This document shows, piece after piece, positions 21,132 through 32,257 of a stretch of DNA of 64,000 nucleotides. Source of the DNA: Alphaproteobacteria bacterium (GTDB lineage: Bacteria > Pseudomonadota > Alphaproteobacteria > SHVV01); assembly GCA_965261735.1 (NCBI GenBank), contig OZ253470.1:3616001-3680000 (forward strand), in the 5' to 3' direction. The position numbers and the translations under genes are program-made. Below the pieces are notes generated by a model. It saw nothing but the letters and a program-made list of their open reading frames with translations, had not been told where the DNA came from and searched no databases. How positions within the stretch are numbered: position 1 is the first letter of the stretch; every line of letters begins with the position of its first letter.

Positions 21132-21305
21132 TTCGCGATCCTTCCTCAAAATGCGGGAGCAACCCAGGAATTCCAGCTGCTTTAAGAGGTATATCAAAAA
21201 TTAGCTTATATCAATCAGTTACCAATACGGCGCACCCTAGCACCCCCCCTGCTGATCAGATGGTGGGGTGGCTCCGGAAAATCCGACAGGTGTTGAAGTT
21301 CAGGT

Positions 21306-22410
21306 CTTGCCTATCCGGTTTACACCCACACCCACTAGGGCTAGAATGGGCGCAACCCGGATATAGGGGAGCGCGCCATGGATGTTCTCGACCGCGCCGA
21401 TCTCCCATTCCCGCATTCGCTACCCGAGTTCCAGCGACTTTTCCCCGATGATGCGGCCTGCGCCGCCTACCTGGAGAAAGCCCGCTGGGGAGACGGCTTT
21501 GCCTGCCCGCACTGCGGCACGGCGGGAGAGCCGTTCCACTTTGAAAACCGCCCTGGCGTCCTGCGCTGCCGCAAGTGCCGCCAGAACACCGGGCTGACGG
21601 TGGGAACAGTGATGGAGCGTAGCCACACTCCGCTGAACGTCTGGTTCTGGGCCGCTTATCTGGTCGCCAGTCAGACGCCCGGCATGTCCGCCGTGCAGTT
21701 TCAGCGGCAACTTGGTCTTTCGCGCTACGAGACGGCCTTTCAAATTCTCCACAAGCTCCGCTCGGGCATGGTGCGGCCCAACCAAGACAGGATCGGTGGA
21801 CAGCCCAAGAACCATGTTGAGGTGGACGAAACCTGGGTTGGCGGGCGAACGCGTGGGGAAGGCCGTGGTGTTCACCACAAGGTTCCCGTCTCCTGTGCCA
21901 TCGAAGTGCGTCATCGAAAGCCGGGCACCAAGCTCGACAACCGGAAAGACGGACGCTATGCCGGACGCGTTCGGCTCGCCGTCGTGCTCGACCGTAGCGC
22001 CGAGTCGCTCTGTGGGTTCGTCGAGAGCACCGTCGCGCCGCGATCGCTGATCGTTACTGACGATTGGAGCGGCTATGCTGGCCTCGGTAAGCGCGGCTAT
22101 GAGCACTTCGCTGTTGCCGAGTGTGGTGATCCAGAGGTTGCCGAGCAATACCTGCCGATCATCCATCTGGTTTTCGCCAACCTGAAGACGTGGCTGATCG
22201 GTATCCACCACGGCGTTAGCCACCAGCACCTACAAGCCTACCTCAACGAGTTCACCTTCCGCTTCAACAGGCGGTTCTACCCGTTCAACGCCTTCCGCTC
22301 ATTGCTCGGCATCGCGGGCGACACCTCTGCTCCAACCTATGCCGAGCTTTACTCGGGAGAGTGGCGGCACCCTACATGTAGCGGTCATGGACGTTAACCG
22401 GATAGGCAAG
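21306..22410 (+). mobile_element. IS1595-family element type A (transposase 21378-22397)
   Basis: TIR CTTGCCTATCCGGTT; zinc ribbon CPHC...CRKC, VEVDE, TDDW, YLNEFTFRFNRR; no TSD. Confidence 0.93.
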
Positions 22411-22466
22411 AAACGAGTCAGTAAATAGAAACCGTCGGTGTCTCAAAGTCGTTGACAGGTTCCGGA
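22411..22466 (+). mobile_element. Isolated right end of the IS3 element seen at 46140-48773
   Basis: Reverse complement of about 46140-46195. Confidence 0.8.
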
Positions 22467-23120
22467 GCGCGAGGCAACGGAGAACCGTGCTCTTGCCCGA
22501 GCCGGGTGCGCCGGAGAGCAGCAACGCGCGCTCGCCTTGCAACAGCCAGTCGTCGAACGCGACCGCAGGCGTCACGGGCAATTCGTTTGGCGGTCTGCGA
22601 AAGTCAACGGGTTTCCCGGGATCGCTGTATTCGTCGAACTGCCAGGCATGGTCGTGCTCTCCGTAGGCCTCGACGGAACCGTCCTCCGGCTCCAGCGGCG
22701 GCTCAAGGAACGGATTGACCGGATCGACATTGGGAAGCACGAAGCGCTTGCGGATGTCGCGCGTATCCCGCCGTGCCGGGTCAACATTCAACCCCGGGTC
22801 CAGTTGCTGGATCCGCGCCTCGTAGATCTCCGCCAGACGTCTCCGCAGTGCAGTCACGCGTTGCACCTCCAGCGGCCGTTTCAGGTTCGCCGCGACTTCC
22901 TCGCCGGCAAAGGCTTTGAGCCAGATCGGACCGAAAAAGTCGTGGATGATCTCCGGATGGGACCTCAGCTTCTCGCTGAGCTGGGTACCGTCCACAGCTT
23001 CGAACACGATGTCTCGTTCAAGAAGCCGTGCGGCCTGTGTTTCGATCGTGTCCTGCAGCGCGGTGTCCGCAAGGCTTGCCTGGACGCAAAGGACGAAGCA
23101 CCGCGCCGACGCAGCCCATT
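22467..23120 (-). pseudogene. NACHT/STAND NTPase internal fragment
   Basis: LSEKLRSHPEIIHDFFG..W, then Walker A LLLSGAPGSGKSTVLR. Confidence 0.65.
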
Positions 23121-23583
23121 TACCTTCCCCTCTTGGAACCGTCCTTCGGCGATGGCGACTTTCTACTCGCGGCCGTCGAGCGCCTCCTCGCGGCTTGGCG
23201 CAATCTCGGGGAAGCCGTCCCGGCGGCAGCTCTCGCGAACTGCATCCGTGCCGTCGAACTGCACCAGACCTCATTCGAATCCACGCGCGCCAAACTGGCC
23301 CAGCTCCTCCAAGACGCAGGAATTCGTCGAATCGATGCCTCGTCACTCCTCGATACCTGGCTGATCCACGATGATTTCCTGCTCGCCGATTTGCCACTCC
23401 CTGTCCATTTCGTCGTCGGCAATCCGCCTTATGTACGGCACGAACTCATTCCTGACGCGTTGGTCACCGAGTACCGGAACCGGTACAGCACGATCTTCGA
23501 TCGCGCCGATATCTACATTCCATTTATCGAACGATCACTGAACCAATTGTGCGACGGCGGCAAGCTGGGCTTCATCTGTGCGG
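23113..23583 (+). pseudogene. Eco57I/PaeR7I-like N6-adenine methyltransferase fragment
   Basis: LLEPSFGDGDFL, VVGNPPYVR, RADIYIPFIERSL. Confidence 0.8.
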
Positions 23584-23747
23584 CTTGAGCAACGGTTGCT
23601 CGCATCCTCTCGAAGCCGTCCGTATGGCTGCTTTCGGCTATGTCGATCACCCCGTGGTAGAGCTCATCTTGGAGATCTCTAAACGTCCCCTCCGGAACTG
23701 TGTCCCGAGCAAAATTCCGTAGCGATTCTGCATGATAGAATCGTTCA
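23580..23747 (-). pseudogene. ABC three-component system C-terminal-domain (CTD6-like) fragment
   Basis: [31 protein letters not shown]. Confidence 0.55.
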
Positions 23748-23862
23748 TGGCGGCACCGGGCACGACCCAGAGCGGGCTGTGCCCGAGGCGAAGCCACGCC
23801 CAGAAGGCGAAGCAACCCGAGATCTCGGCGATCGCGCAGGCGACATAGAATGCAAACGACAT
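23748..23862 (-). pseudogene. YnfA/UPF0060 membrane protein N-terminal fragment
   Basis: [16 protein letters not shown]. Confidence 0.75.
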
Positions 23863-23924
23863 CGTTCCGCCCTATAGCGAGCCTATGCCGGCGCCTCGAT
23901 ACCGAAACGCGCGCCCGCGTGCGC

Positions 23925-24269
23925 TCAGCCTTCGACGAGGCCGACGTTGTTGCCCGCGGGGTCGGTGAAGATCGCCATCGTGACCGCGTCCGGTATCTCC
24001 GTCCTCGGCATCACCGTCTTGCCGCCCGCCGCCTCGATCTTCGCGAGATGCGCGTTGATGTCGGGAACCTGAACGTACACCATGGTCGCCGGCGCCATGT
24101 CGCTGGCGGTGATGCCGCCGTTGATCCCCGTCTCGCTCCCGGTTTTGGTGAAGCCGTAGTTCATCGGCTGCATGACCTCGATGTCCCAGTCGAACAACTC
24201 GCGGTAAAACCCGCTGAGTTTGGTCGCGTCCTCGCCGTGAATCTCGAAGTGAACCACCGGATTCCCCAT
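23925..24269 (-). CDS. VOC/glyoxalase family protein
   Basis: NPVVHFEI...FY.ELFDW...INGGI...FTDPAGN. Confidence 0.9.
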   Translation of the reverse strand: MGNPVVHFEIHGEDATKLSGFYRELFDWDIEVMQPMNYGFTKTGSETGINGGITASDMAPATMVYVQVPDINAHLAKIEAAGGKTVMPRTEIPDAVTMAIFTDPAGNNVGLVEG

Positions 24270-24385
24270 CGCGCCCTCCCCTATTGTCGTGCTTCGAGTA
24301 TGGCATGGCCGCCCTCCGGCGCAACCGCCAACTTGGGCCTCGGTAGCCGCCCAAGCCAGGCGTTTTCGGCGCCAGTTGTTAAGGC

Positions 24386-25490
24386 CTTGCCTATCCGGTT
24401 AACGCCCATGACCGCTACATGTAGGGTGCCGCCACTCTCCCGAGTAAAGCTCGGCATAGGTTGGAGCAGAGGTGTCGCCCGCGATGCCGAGCAATGAGCG
24501 GAAGGCGTTGAACGGGTAGAACCGCCTGTTGAAGCGGAAGGTGAACTCGTTGAGGTAGGCTTGTAGGTGCTGGTGGCTAACGCCGTGGTGGATACCGATC
24601 AGCCACGTCTTCAGGTTGGCGAAAACCAGATGGATGATCGGCAGGTATTGCTCGGCAACCTCTGGATCACCACACTCGGCAACAGCGAAGTGCTCATAGC
24701 CGCGCTTACCGAGGCCAGCATAGCCGCTCCAATCGTCAGTAACGATCAGCGATCGCGGCGCGACGGTGCTCTCGACGAACCCACAGAGCGACTCGGCGCT
24801 ACGGTCGAGCACGACGGCGAGCCGAACGCGTCCGGCATAGCGTCCGTCTTTCCGGTTGTCGAGCTTGGTGCCCGGCTTTCGATGACGCACCTCGATGGCA
24901 CAGGAGACGGGAACCTTGTGGTGAACACCACGGCCTTCCCCACGCGTTCGCCCGCCAACCCAGGTTTCGTCCACCTCAACATGGTTCTTGGGCTGTCCAC
25001 CGATCCTGTCTTGGTTGGGCCGCACCATGCCCGAGCGGAGCTTGTGGAGAATTTGAAAGGCCGTCTCGTAGCGCGAAAGACCAAGTTGCCGCTGAAACTG
25101 CACGGCGGACATGCCGGGCGTCTGACTGGCGACCAGATAAGCGGCCCAGAACCAGACGTTCAGCGGAGTGTGGCTACGCTCCATCACTGTTCCCACCGTC
25201 AGCCCGGTGTTCTGGCGGCACTTGCGGCAGCGCAGGACGCCAGGGCGGTTTTCAAAGTGGAACGGCTCTCCCGCCGTGCCGCAGTGCGGGCAGGCAAAGC
25301 CGTCTCCCCAGCGGGCTTTCTCCAGGTAGGCGGCGCAGGCCGCATCATCGGGGAAAAGTCGCTGGAACTCGGGTAGCGAATGCGGGAATGGGAGACCGGC
25401 GCGGTCGAGAACATCCATGGCGCGCTCCCCTATATCCGGGTTGCGCCCATTCTAGCCCTAGTGGGTGTGGGTGTAAACCGGATAGGCAAG
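24386..25490 (-). mobile_element. IS1595 type A, intact (transposase 24399-25418)
   Basis: Both TIRs; perfect 8-bp TSD GTTAAGGC. Confidence 0.95.
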
Positions 25491-25544
25491 GTTAAGGCGT
25501 TAGGAGTATGGTGTTAACTGCCACCGGAGTCTGCGGGATTGAAA

Positions 25545-26951
25545 ATGACCAATTACGATTACGACCTCTTCGTCATCGGCTCCGGCCCGGCCGGGCAGCG
25601 CGCCGCGATCCAGGCCGCCAAGCTCGGCAAGAGGGCGGCTGTTGCCGAGCACAAGGCGGTGATCGGTGGCGCCTGCATCAACACCGGCACGATCCCGAGT
25701 AAGACGCTGCGCGAAGCGGCGCTTCACCTTTCCGGATTCCGCGAGCGCAGCATCTACGGCGCCTCGTACTCGGTAAAAAAGAATATCACGATGACCGACC
25801 TGCTCTACCGCGCCGAGCACGTCATCAAGAACGAGCTGGACGTCACCCGACACCAGCTTCAGCGCAACGGAGTCGAGGTCATTCAGGCGGACGCCGCTTT
25901 CGTCGATCCGCACACGTTGCGCCTCGTCGATATCGATGGGCACGGCGCGCACGAGGTGACCGCGGCCAGCGTCGTGATCGCGGTCGGTACCACAACCACC
26001 CAGGACAGCCATATCCCCTTCGATGGCCAGCGCGTCTTTACCAGCGATGAAATCCTCGGCCTCGACGAACTGCCGCGCTCGCTCGCCGTCATCGGCGCCG
26101 GCGTCATCGGCTGCGAGTACGCGACCATCTTTGCGGCGCTGGGCGTGCGCGTCACGCTGGTCGACAAGCGCCCGCGCCTCCTCGAATTCATCGACAACGA
26201 GATCATCGATTCGCTTGTCTATCAGATGCGCCAAACCCGCATGACGATGCGGCTGGGGGAAGAGGTGAGCGGTATCGAGCCCTGCATCGACGAGAAAAAC
26301 GGCGAGCGCGTCAGCATCACTCTCGAGAGCGGCAAGCACATCACCGCCGAAAAGGCCCTCTACAGCATCGGCCGGACGGGCGCGACCGCCGGCCTCAACC
26401 TGGAGCCGGCGCAGATTTCAAGCGACGAGCGCGGCCGCATCCCGGTCAACAAGAACTACCAGACGGAGATGCCTCACATCTACGCGGTTGGCGACGTCAT
26501 CGGCTTCCCGAGCCTCGCCTCGACCTCGATGGAGCAGGGTCGGCTCGCCGCGTGTCATGCCTTCAATGCCGATGCGCAAAGTGTGCCAGAGCTCTTTCCC
26601 TACGGCATCTACACGATCCCCGAGATCTCGACCGTCGGCAAGAACGAGGAAGAGCTGACCGCGGACGAGATTCCCTATGAGGTCGGTAAGGCTGCGTACC
26701 GCGAAATCGCGCGGGGCCAGATCATTGGCGATTCAAGCGGGCTCCTCAAGCTCCTGTTCCATCCTGAGACGCACGATCTGCTGGGTGTCCACATCCTCGG
26801 CGAGGGGGCCAGCGAACTCATCCACATCGGCCAGGCGGTGCTCGCCCTGGGCGGGCCGATCGACTATTTCGTCAACACCGTGTTCAACTACCCGACTCTC
26901 GCCGAGTGCTACAAGACGGCGGCCTTCGACGGTATTAACCGGCTGGCGTGA
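25545..26951 (+). CDS. sthA: Soluble pyridine nucleotide transhydrogenase
   Basis: GSGPAG FAD motif; GGACINTGTIPSKTLRE lacks the second redox Cys; LASTSMEQGR; FNYPTLAECYK. Confidence 0.9.
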   Translation: MTNYDYDLFVIGSGPAGQRAAIQAAKLGKRAAVAEHKAVIGGACINTGTIPSKTLREAALHLSGFRERSIYGASYSVKKNITMTDLLYRAEHVIKNELDVTRHQLQRNGVEVIQADAAFVDPHTLRLVDIDGHGAHEVTAASVVIAVGTTTTQDSHIPFDGQRVFTSDEILGLDELPRSLAVIGAGVIGCEYATIFAALGVRVTLVDKRPRLLEFIDNEIIDSLVYQMRQTRMTMRLGEEVSGIEPCIDEKNGERVSITLESGKHITAEKALYSIGRTGATAGLNLEPAQISSDERGRIPVNKNYQTEMPHIYAVGDVIGFPSLASTSMEQGRLAACHAFNADAQSVPELFPYGIYTIPEISTVGKNEEELTADEIPYEVGKAAYREIARGQIIGDSSGLLKLLFHPETHDLLGVHILGEGASELIHIGQAVLALGGPIDYFVNTVFNYPTLAECYKTAAFDGINRLA

Positions 26952-26952
26952 G

Positions 26953-28323
26953 TTAGCCGTCGTAGAGTGGGGCGCCCGCGGTAAAACCGCTCCAGGCGAA
27001 CCAATAGGCGATGTGGCCCGGGAGCCGCGCGAGCCGCGCCGCGCCCGCGACCAGCGCCTCCTCCTCGACCCGCCAGGACTCGCCGTCCGCGACAACGCTC
27101 GCGGCGCCATCGGGACCGGCGGCGAACGTGCGGCCGCCGGCGTCATAGGCTCGCACCGTGTGCGAGTCGGCATCGCCGATGAGCACGATATCGCGCTCGC
27201 CGACGCGATCGTTGATCACCCGCCCGCCGGCGAACGCCGTCAGCGGCCAGGCCTTGTCGGCTCCATCGACGCGCAGGGCGAAGACCTGGTCCTTGGGCTT
27301 CAACCGCTTGTCGCCGACGACCGCCGGGAACATCAGCGTGGGGCTCGCGAAATACTCCTTGTAGTAGGCACCGGGCCGGTAGTCGCGCACGTGCCCGGTC
27401 CGCAGCGACAGGACCTTGGTGTCGGGATGGCGCTCGAGCCAGTGGCGCCACTTGGTGATCGCGACCGGCAGCACCTTGAGCACAATCCCCGAGCCGGTGA
27501 GCTCTCCGACCACAGGGCGGCCGGTAAACTGATTCCACAGCGAGTTGGTCTCGCGGTCGTACATCAGCTTGTTGGAGCGGTAGAGAAAGCCCGAGGAGCC
27601 GAACACGAACGGCTCCGCGCGGTCGGGCAGCTTGGTTTCATACAGGATGCCCGACCCACACAGGGTGCAGTAGGCGAGCGCCACCGGAACGCCACCGACC
27701 ACGTCGTTGAACATTTCGTGCGGGTTCATGATGCGCAGCGGATAAGCGCGGGCGTCGCCGTTGATCTGGACCCCGAACACGAGCTCCTCGTCGAGCAGGT
27801 AGTCGGCCTCGGCCGGCGTGATGTGCGGGGGGTTCACCAGCGCCGGGATGCCGTCCTTGACGACGCCGCCCCAGGCGATCTCCTCGAGCCTGATCTCGTG
27901 CTTGACGCCGGGCTGGAGGAAGAGCCGGAAGTTCTCATCGATCGTCGCCATGACGTCGGCCTTGAAGCCGTCGAAACCCTCATACGGGGTGATTTCCGGA
28001 TGGGCTTCCTGCCACAGCATCCAGTCCTTCCAGTCATCACCGAGCTTCTCGCCGGTCAAGGCATAGAGGGAGGCCAATATCCCGCCGCCGTCGTCGCGGA
28101 CGAATCTCATCGACTGGATGAGGGCCGCCACGATGTCGGGATTCCCGCGCGCCCGAAACTGCGCCAGGATCCAATTCCGGGACGCGGGCTCGGCGTTGAA
28201 CATGGCGAGGCGCATGAGCTGATCGACCACCTTGGCGGGCATCGGGGGTGTGGTTTCCGCCCGTGCGGCCGCGAACGCCATAACCCCGACGGCGACGACG
28301 GCCGCCGCCATGATCTGTCTCAT
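26953..28323 (-). CDS. DUF3179 family protein
   Basis: WGGVVKDGIPAL, ARAYP...HEMFND, YCTLCGSG, SNKLMYD, YWFAW. Confidence 0.85.
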   Translation of the reverse strand: MRQIMAAAVVAVGVMAFAAARAETTPPMPAKVVDQLMRLAMFNAEPASRNWILAQFRARGNPDIVAALIQSMRFVRDDGGGILASLYALTGEKLGDDWKDWMLWQEAHPEITPYEGFDGFKADVMATIDENFRLFLQPGVKHEIRLEEIAWGGVVKDGIPALVNPPHITPAEADYLLDEELVFGVQINGDARAYPLRIMNPHEMFNDVVGGVPVALAYCTLCGSGILYETKLPDRAEPFVFGSSGFLYRSNKLMYDRETNSLWNQFTGRPVVGELTGSGIVLKVLPVAITKWRHWLERHPDTKVLSLRTGHVRDYRPGAYYKEYFASPTLMFPAVVGDKRLKPKDQVFALRVDGADKAWPLTAFAGGRVINDRVGERDIVLIGDADSHTVRAYDAGGRTFAAGPDGAASVVADGESWRVEEEALVAGAARLARLPGHIAYWFAWSGFTAGAPLYDG

Positions 28324-28441
28324 CGGTCTGCCTCCCTTGAGTGGCGTTAAGTATAGGAATGCGGGAAGGGAGCGCAAAAACACGGCCTTTCACGTTGGCG
28401 TGACAAGGTGGGCGCAACCGGTGGAAGGGGTCGGCGGCAGA

Positions 28442-29120
28442 TCAGCCCGGTCCAACCGCTGCGCCCGCCGCGTCCTCCGGCCCGGCGCGTTGATGCAGGC
28501 GCGCGCCCAGCGTTGCCAGCTCCTCCCCGCCCAGCGTTTCCTTCGCCAGCAGCGCCCGAGCGCCGTCCTCGAGGACGCCTCGGCTGGCCTCGAGGATGGC
28601 GATGGAACCCTCGAACGCGGCCCCGATGACGGCACGGACAGCGCAATCGATCTCGCGCGCGGTCTCCTCGCTATAGCGCCGCGGCTGCGGAGTCCATCCC
28701 GGGGGCACACCCAGCAGGGGCGCCTGCTCGGACTCGTAGGCCACGTTGCCGAGCTTCTCGTCCATGCCGTAGCGCATCACCATGCTCATCGCGATATCGG
28801 TCGCCTTGCCCTGGCGGTCGAAACGGCCGGCACGCAACAGCGCCGGGTCGAGGATTTCGGGCCGATTGGTCGCCGCCAGGAGGACGATGCCACCGCTCGG
28901 GTCGAAGCCATCGAGCTCGGCGAGGAGCTGGTTGAGCGTCTGCTCCTTTTCGTCGTGCCCGCCCGACAGGGGGCCGAAGCCGCGCGCCCGACCAAGAGCG
29001 TCGAGCTCGTCGATGAAGATGATGCAAGGGGCGTTCGCGCGGGCCTGCTCGAACAGGTCGCGCACGCGCGCCGCACCGACGCCGACGAACATCTCGACGA
29101 ACTCGGACCCGTTGATCGCA
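28442..29120 (-). pseudogene. ftsH: FtsH AAA protease remnant with N-terminal truncation and internal deletion
   Basis: [42 protein letters not shown] fused directly to KATDIA..MV..YGM; HEXXH region absent. Confidence 0.88.
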
Positions 29121-30134
29121 AAGGGGATTATATACCGGAGTCACAATTTCCTATTGCTCACCGCCTTGCGCCATGTTACAACGGAGTCACAATATAGGAG
29201 ACAGAGACATGGCAAACAAGGCACCGGGAAGGCTCACCGCAAGGGTATCTCGCTAATCGAGATCGCTGCCATGTTCCCGACCGATGGGGCGGCGGAGAGG
29301 TGGATTGAAGCCCAGCGCTGGCCCAAAGGCCCGTATTGCCCATATTGCGGCTCCTTGAACGTCCAGGTGGACATCAAACACAGTTCCATGACGCACCGTT
29401 GCCGGGACTGCCCAACCCGGCCCATGTTCTCCCTCAAAACTGGCACCGCCATGCACCGCACCCAGCTCGGTTATCGGGAATGGGCCATCGCCATTTATCT
29501 GCTGGCGACCAATCTCAAGGGCGTGTCGAGCATGAAGCTGCATCGAGACCTGAACATCACGCAAAAATCGGCATGGTATCTGGCCCATCGGCTTCGCGAG
29601 GGGTGGAAGGCCGGAAACGGCGGCATGTTCTCTGGGCCAGCAGAGGCCGATGAGACGTACCTCGGCGGGAAGCGGGCCAACATGCCTAAATCCAAGCGGA
29701 AGGCGCTGAAGGGTCGCGGAGCCATTGGGAAGACGGCGGTGGTTGGCGTAAAGGATCGGATCACGAAGCGGGTCCACGCTCAAGTTACCCCTTTCACAGA
29801 CGCAGCAACTCTGCAGTCCTTCATCCACAATCATGTCATGAGGGGGGCTGAGGTGTACACGGATGAGCATGGGGGATACAGGAATCTTAAGGGTTTCGAG
29901 CATGCATCAGTCAATCATAGCGTCGGCGAATACGTCCGAGGCATGGCGCACACCAATGGGATCGAGTCGTTTTGGAGCATGCTCAAGCGGGCGCATAAGG
30001 GCACTTTCCACAAACTTTCGGCCAAGCATCTTAACCGCTATGTGACGGAGTTCGCGGGCCATCACAACGATCGCGAGTATGATACGTTGGCAATCATGGA
30101 GCGGATCGCGTCGGGGCTGTCCGGCAAGCGGCTA

Positions 30135-31770
30135 GGGTGCGAGTCTCGCATGGCAGTGATGTCTGCGGCTTGGTTCGTTGAGTTCAGGCAGCGATTGCCA
30201 TGGCTGCTGCACGTGGACTGATGTTGTCGTTGGCCGGTGTGTCGGTTGCGCTGATCAGGGCCTTCCATGCGCGCTCGAAGCGGCCGGATTTGATCAGGGC
30301 GCGGAAGGTCAGAACAGCCTGTCCGCCGACGATCCGCCAGCGCATGCCGGAGCGCTTCATGCGCTGTGTCACCAGGGATCTTGTTGGCAGCCTCGACCAC
30401 GCCTGAGCCGATGGCGATGCCCTCTTCCTTCAGGGCGTGGTAGCGCATGCGATGGCGATGCTTGCGGAAGAAGGCGAGTTCCCGCTCGGTCTCGGCCCGG
30501 TCCGGCGCAGCGGCGGCATCGCGAAGGTGGCGCAGCGCCCGGATCACCTTGGCGACGCCACGGGGATCGTGACGGAGGATCTCGCGGTACTTCTCGAACC
30601 AGCCGGGCGCCACGGCATGGTCGGACGCGGTTTGCAGATGTTCGCAAGCATGCCAGAAGTCGATCACCTCGGTTTCGGGCGACAGGGTCTCCAGGAAGGT
30701 CCAGTTGTCGGCGGCGCCATCGGCGATAGCGACGATCCCGATCTCGGGGCGTGCTCGCCTGATGTGTGCGACTTCGCTTGCAAGCTGCGCCTTCAGCGTG
30801 AGCTTGCCGCTCTCCGGCATGGGGCCGAGATAGAGGGTCTTCAGGCGCTTGCCCTCGGCGTCGTGGAAGGAGACCGTGCCGCAGGCGGCCTCGCGCCAGG
30901 AGGCCTTGGCGCGACCGTCCTCGCCGGGTCTCAGCGGCACCATGACGCCGTCGAGGGAGACCGAGGCGGTGGTCGCGTCCTGCGGTATGCCCTCGGCCTC
31001 ACGGATGCTGCCCAGCGTCTCCGGGCCGAGGCTCTCCCAGCATTCGTGCATGCTCAGGGTCAGGCGCTCACCGACGGCGTCATGGCGCCGGTCTTCGCAA
31101 AGAACGCCGCCGCTTCCCGGGCCGTGCAGCGACCCATCATCAGCAGACCGAGCTCGGCCGCCGGCCGCGTCAGGTAATCGTCGACGAGGCCCAGGCTCTC
31201 GTCGACCGGCACCGGCGATGCCCCGCTCGCGCCGCTGCGGTAACGCGCTCGCCGGTAGGCGAGCGAGGTCATGATCGTCTTCGGCGTCACCGCGACCCGG
31301 AACCAGCTCTGCCCGTCCCGCTCGATCCGGGAAGCGCCATCGTCCCGGTTCTCGATGACGGCGCCCATGACATCGCGAGCGAACTCGTTCGTGGCCTCAC
31401 GCACCCGCAACTCGACCTCCTCGGGCACCTCGGGGCGCGGCTCGGAACGAAGCTCCTCGCGACACAGTGCGAGCACCCGGGCGGCCGCCTCGACGACCCG
31501 AGGAGGCAGGCCGGAAAGATCGATGGACGAAGGCGCCGGAGGCGGGGATACTGCCATGGGAATGCTCCCGATGTTGGGTTTCGAGACACGGCATCGTACC
31601 GCTTCTGGCGGTGCGGAGCGTTCCCACCTTCCCCTGCTCGACCCTGCCGTCGTGACAAAATCCTGCCTTGGAGCGGCCCATTGTCACGAATAGCCGTTTT
31701 CGGCCGTTCGTCTCGACACAAAAACCGCACTAAATCAATGACTTGGATTTTCCATACCAGACCCACACCC
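30135..31770 (-). mobile_element. ISKra4-family element, frameshifted, copy 1
   Basis: Ends GGGTGCGAGTCT / AGACCCACACCC; near-perfect TSD AGCGGCTA / GGCGGCTA; DGVM, DGA..NW, DFWHA, IGSG.VE motifs split over three ORFs. Confidence 0.85.
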
Positions 31771-31828
31771 GGCGGCTACGCTATAGAGACCTAATCGCCG
31801 ACAATGGGCTGGACTCGGGAGCGCGGGC

Positions 31829-32257
31829 GTGAACGGCCCCAACTGGTCTAACCAGACGCTCTGGACAGGCGACAATCTCGACATCATGCGAGGCATGAAC
31901 AGTGCCTCAGTCGACCTGATCTATCTGGACCCTCCTTTCAACTCCAAAGCCGACTACGCCGCCCCTATCGGATCAATGGCTGCCGGAGCAGCGTTCAAGG
32001 ATACCTGGACACTTACCGAAGTAGATGTTGAGTGGATCAATCTGATTGAGGCTAAGCACCCGGCTCTTTATCGGGTTTTGCTCGCAGCAATGACGGCCAG
32101 CGACAAATCCTACTTGACATACATGGCGGCGCGATTGCTTGAGATGCGCCGAATTTTGAAGTCAGCCGGCTCAATATACCTGCACTGCGACCCAACCATG
32201 AGCCATTACCTAAAATTGGTAATGGACTCGATCTTCGGGCGAAAGAATTTTAGGAAC
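31829..32257 (+). pseudogene. Beta-class N6/N4 DNA methyltransferase, truncated
   Basis: GDNLDIMRGM..SVDLIYLDPPFNS; GTG start overlaps the transposase TGA. Confidence 0.88.

Larger units (their letters stand above)
29123..32257 (+). mobile_element. IS1595-family type B element with methyltransferase cargo; transposase (29209-31832) frameshifted and split by ISKra4
   Basis: Left end GGGGATTATATAC; MANKAPG/KAHRKG frameshift near 29226; [15 protein letters not shown]; C-terminus YRDLIADNG resumes after 31771. Right end not found. Confidence 0.8.

Noticed and set aside
21228-21300. GGCGCACCC resembling a tRNA 3' end, followed by a possible IS end
   Set aside because: No T-arm or matching partner end visible.
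28782-30221. 479-aa ORF as a novel transposase fusion
   Set aside because: The N-terminal part is antisense ftsH; the true start is 29209 with a frameshift, and the tail runs into ISKra4.
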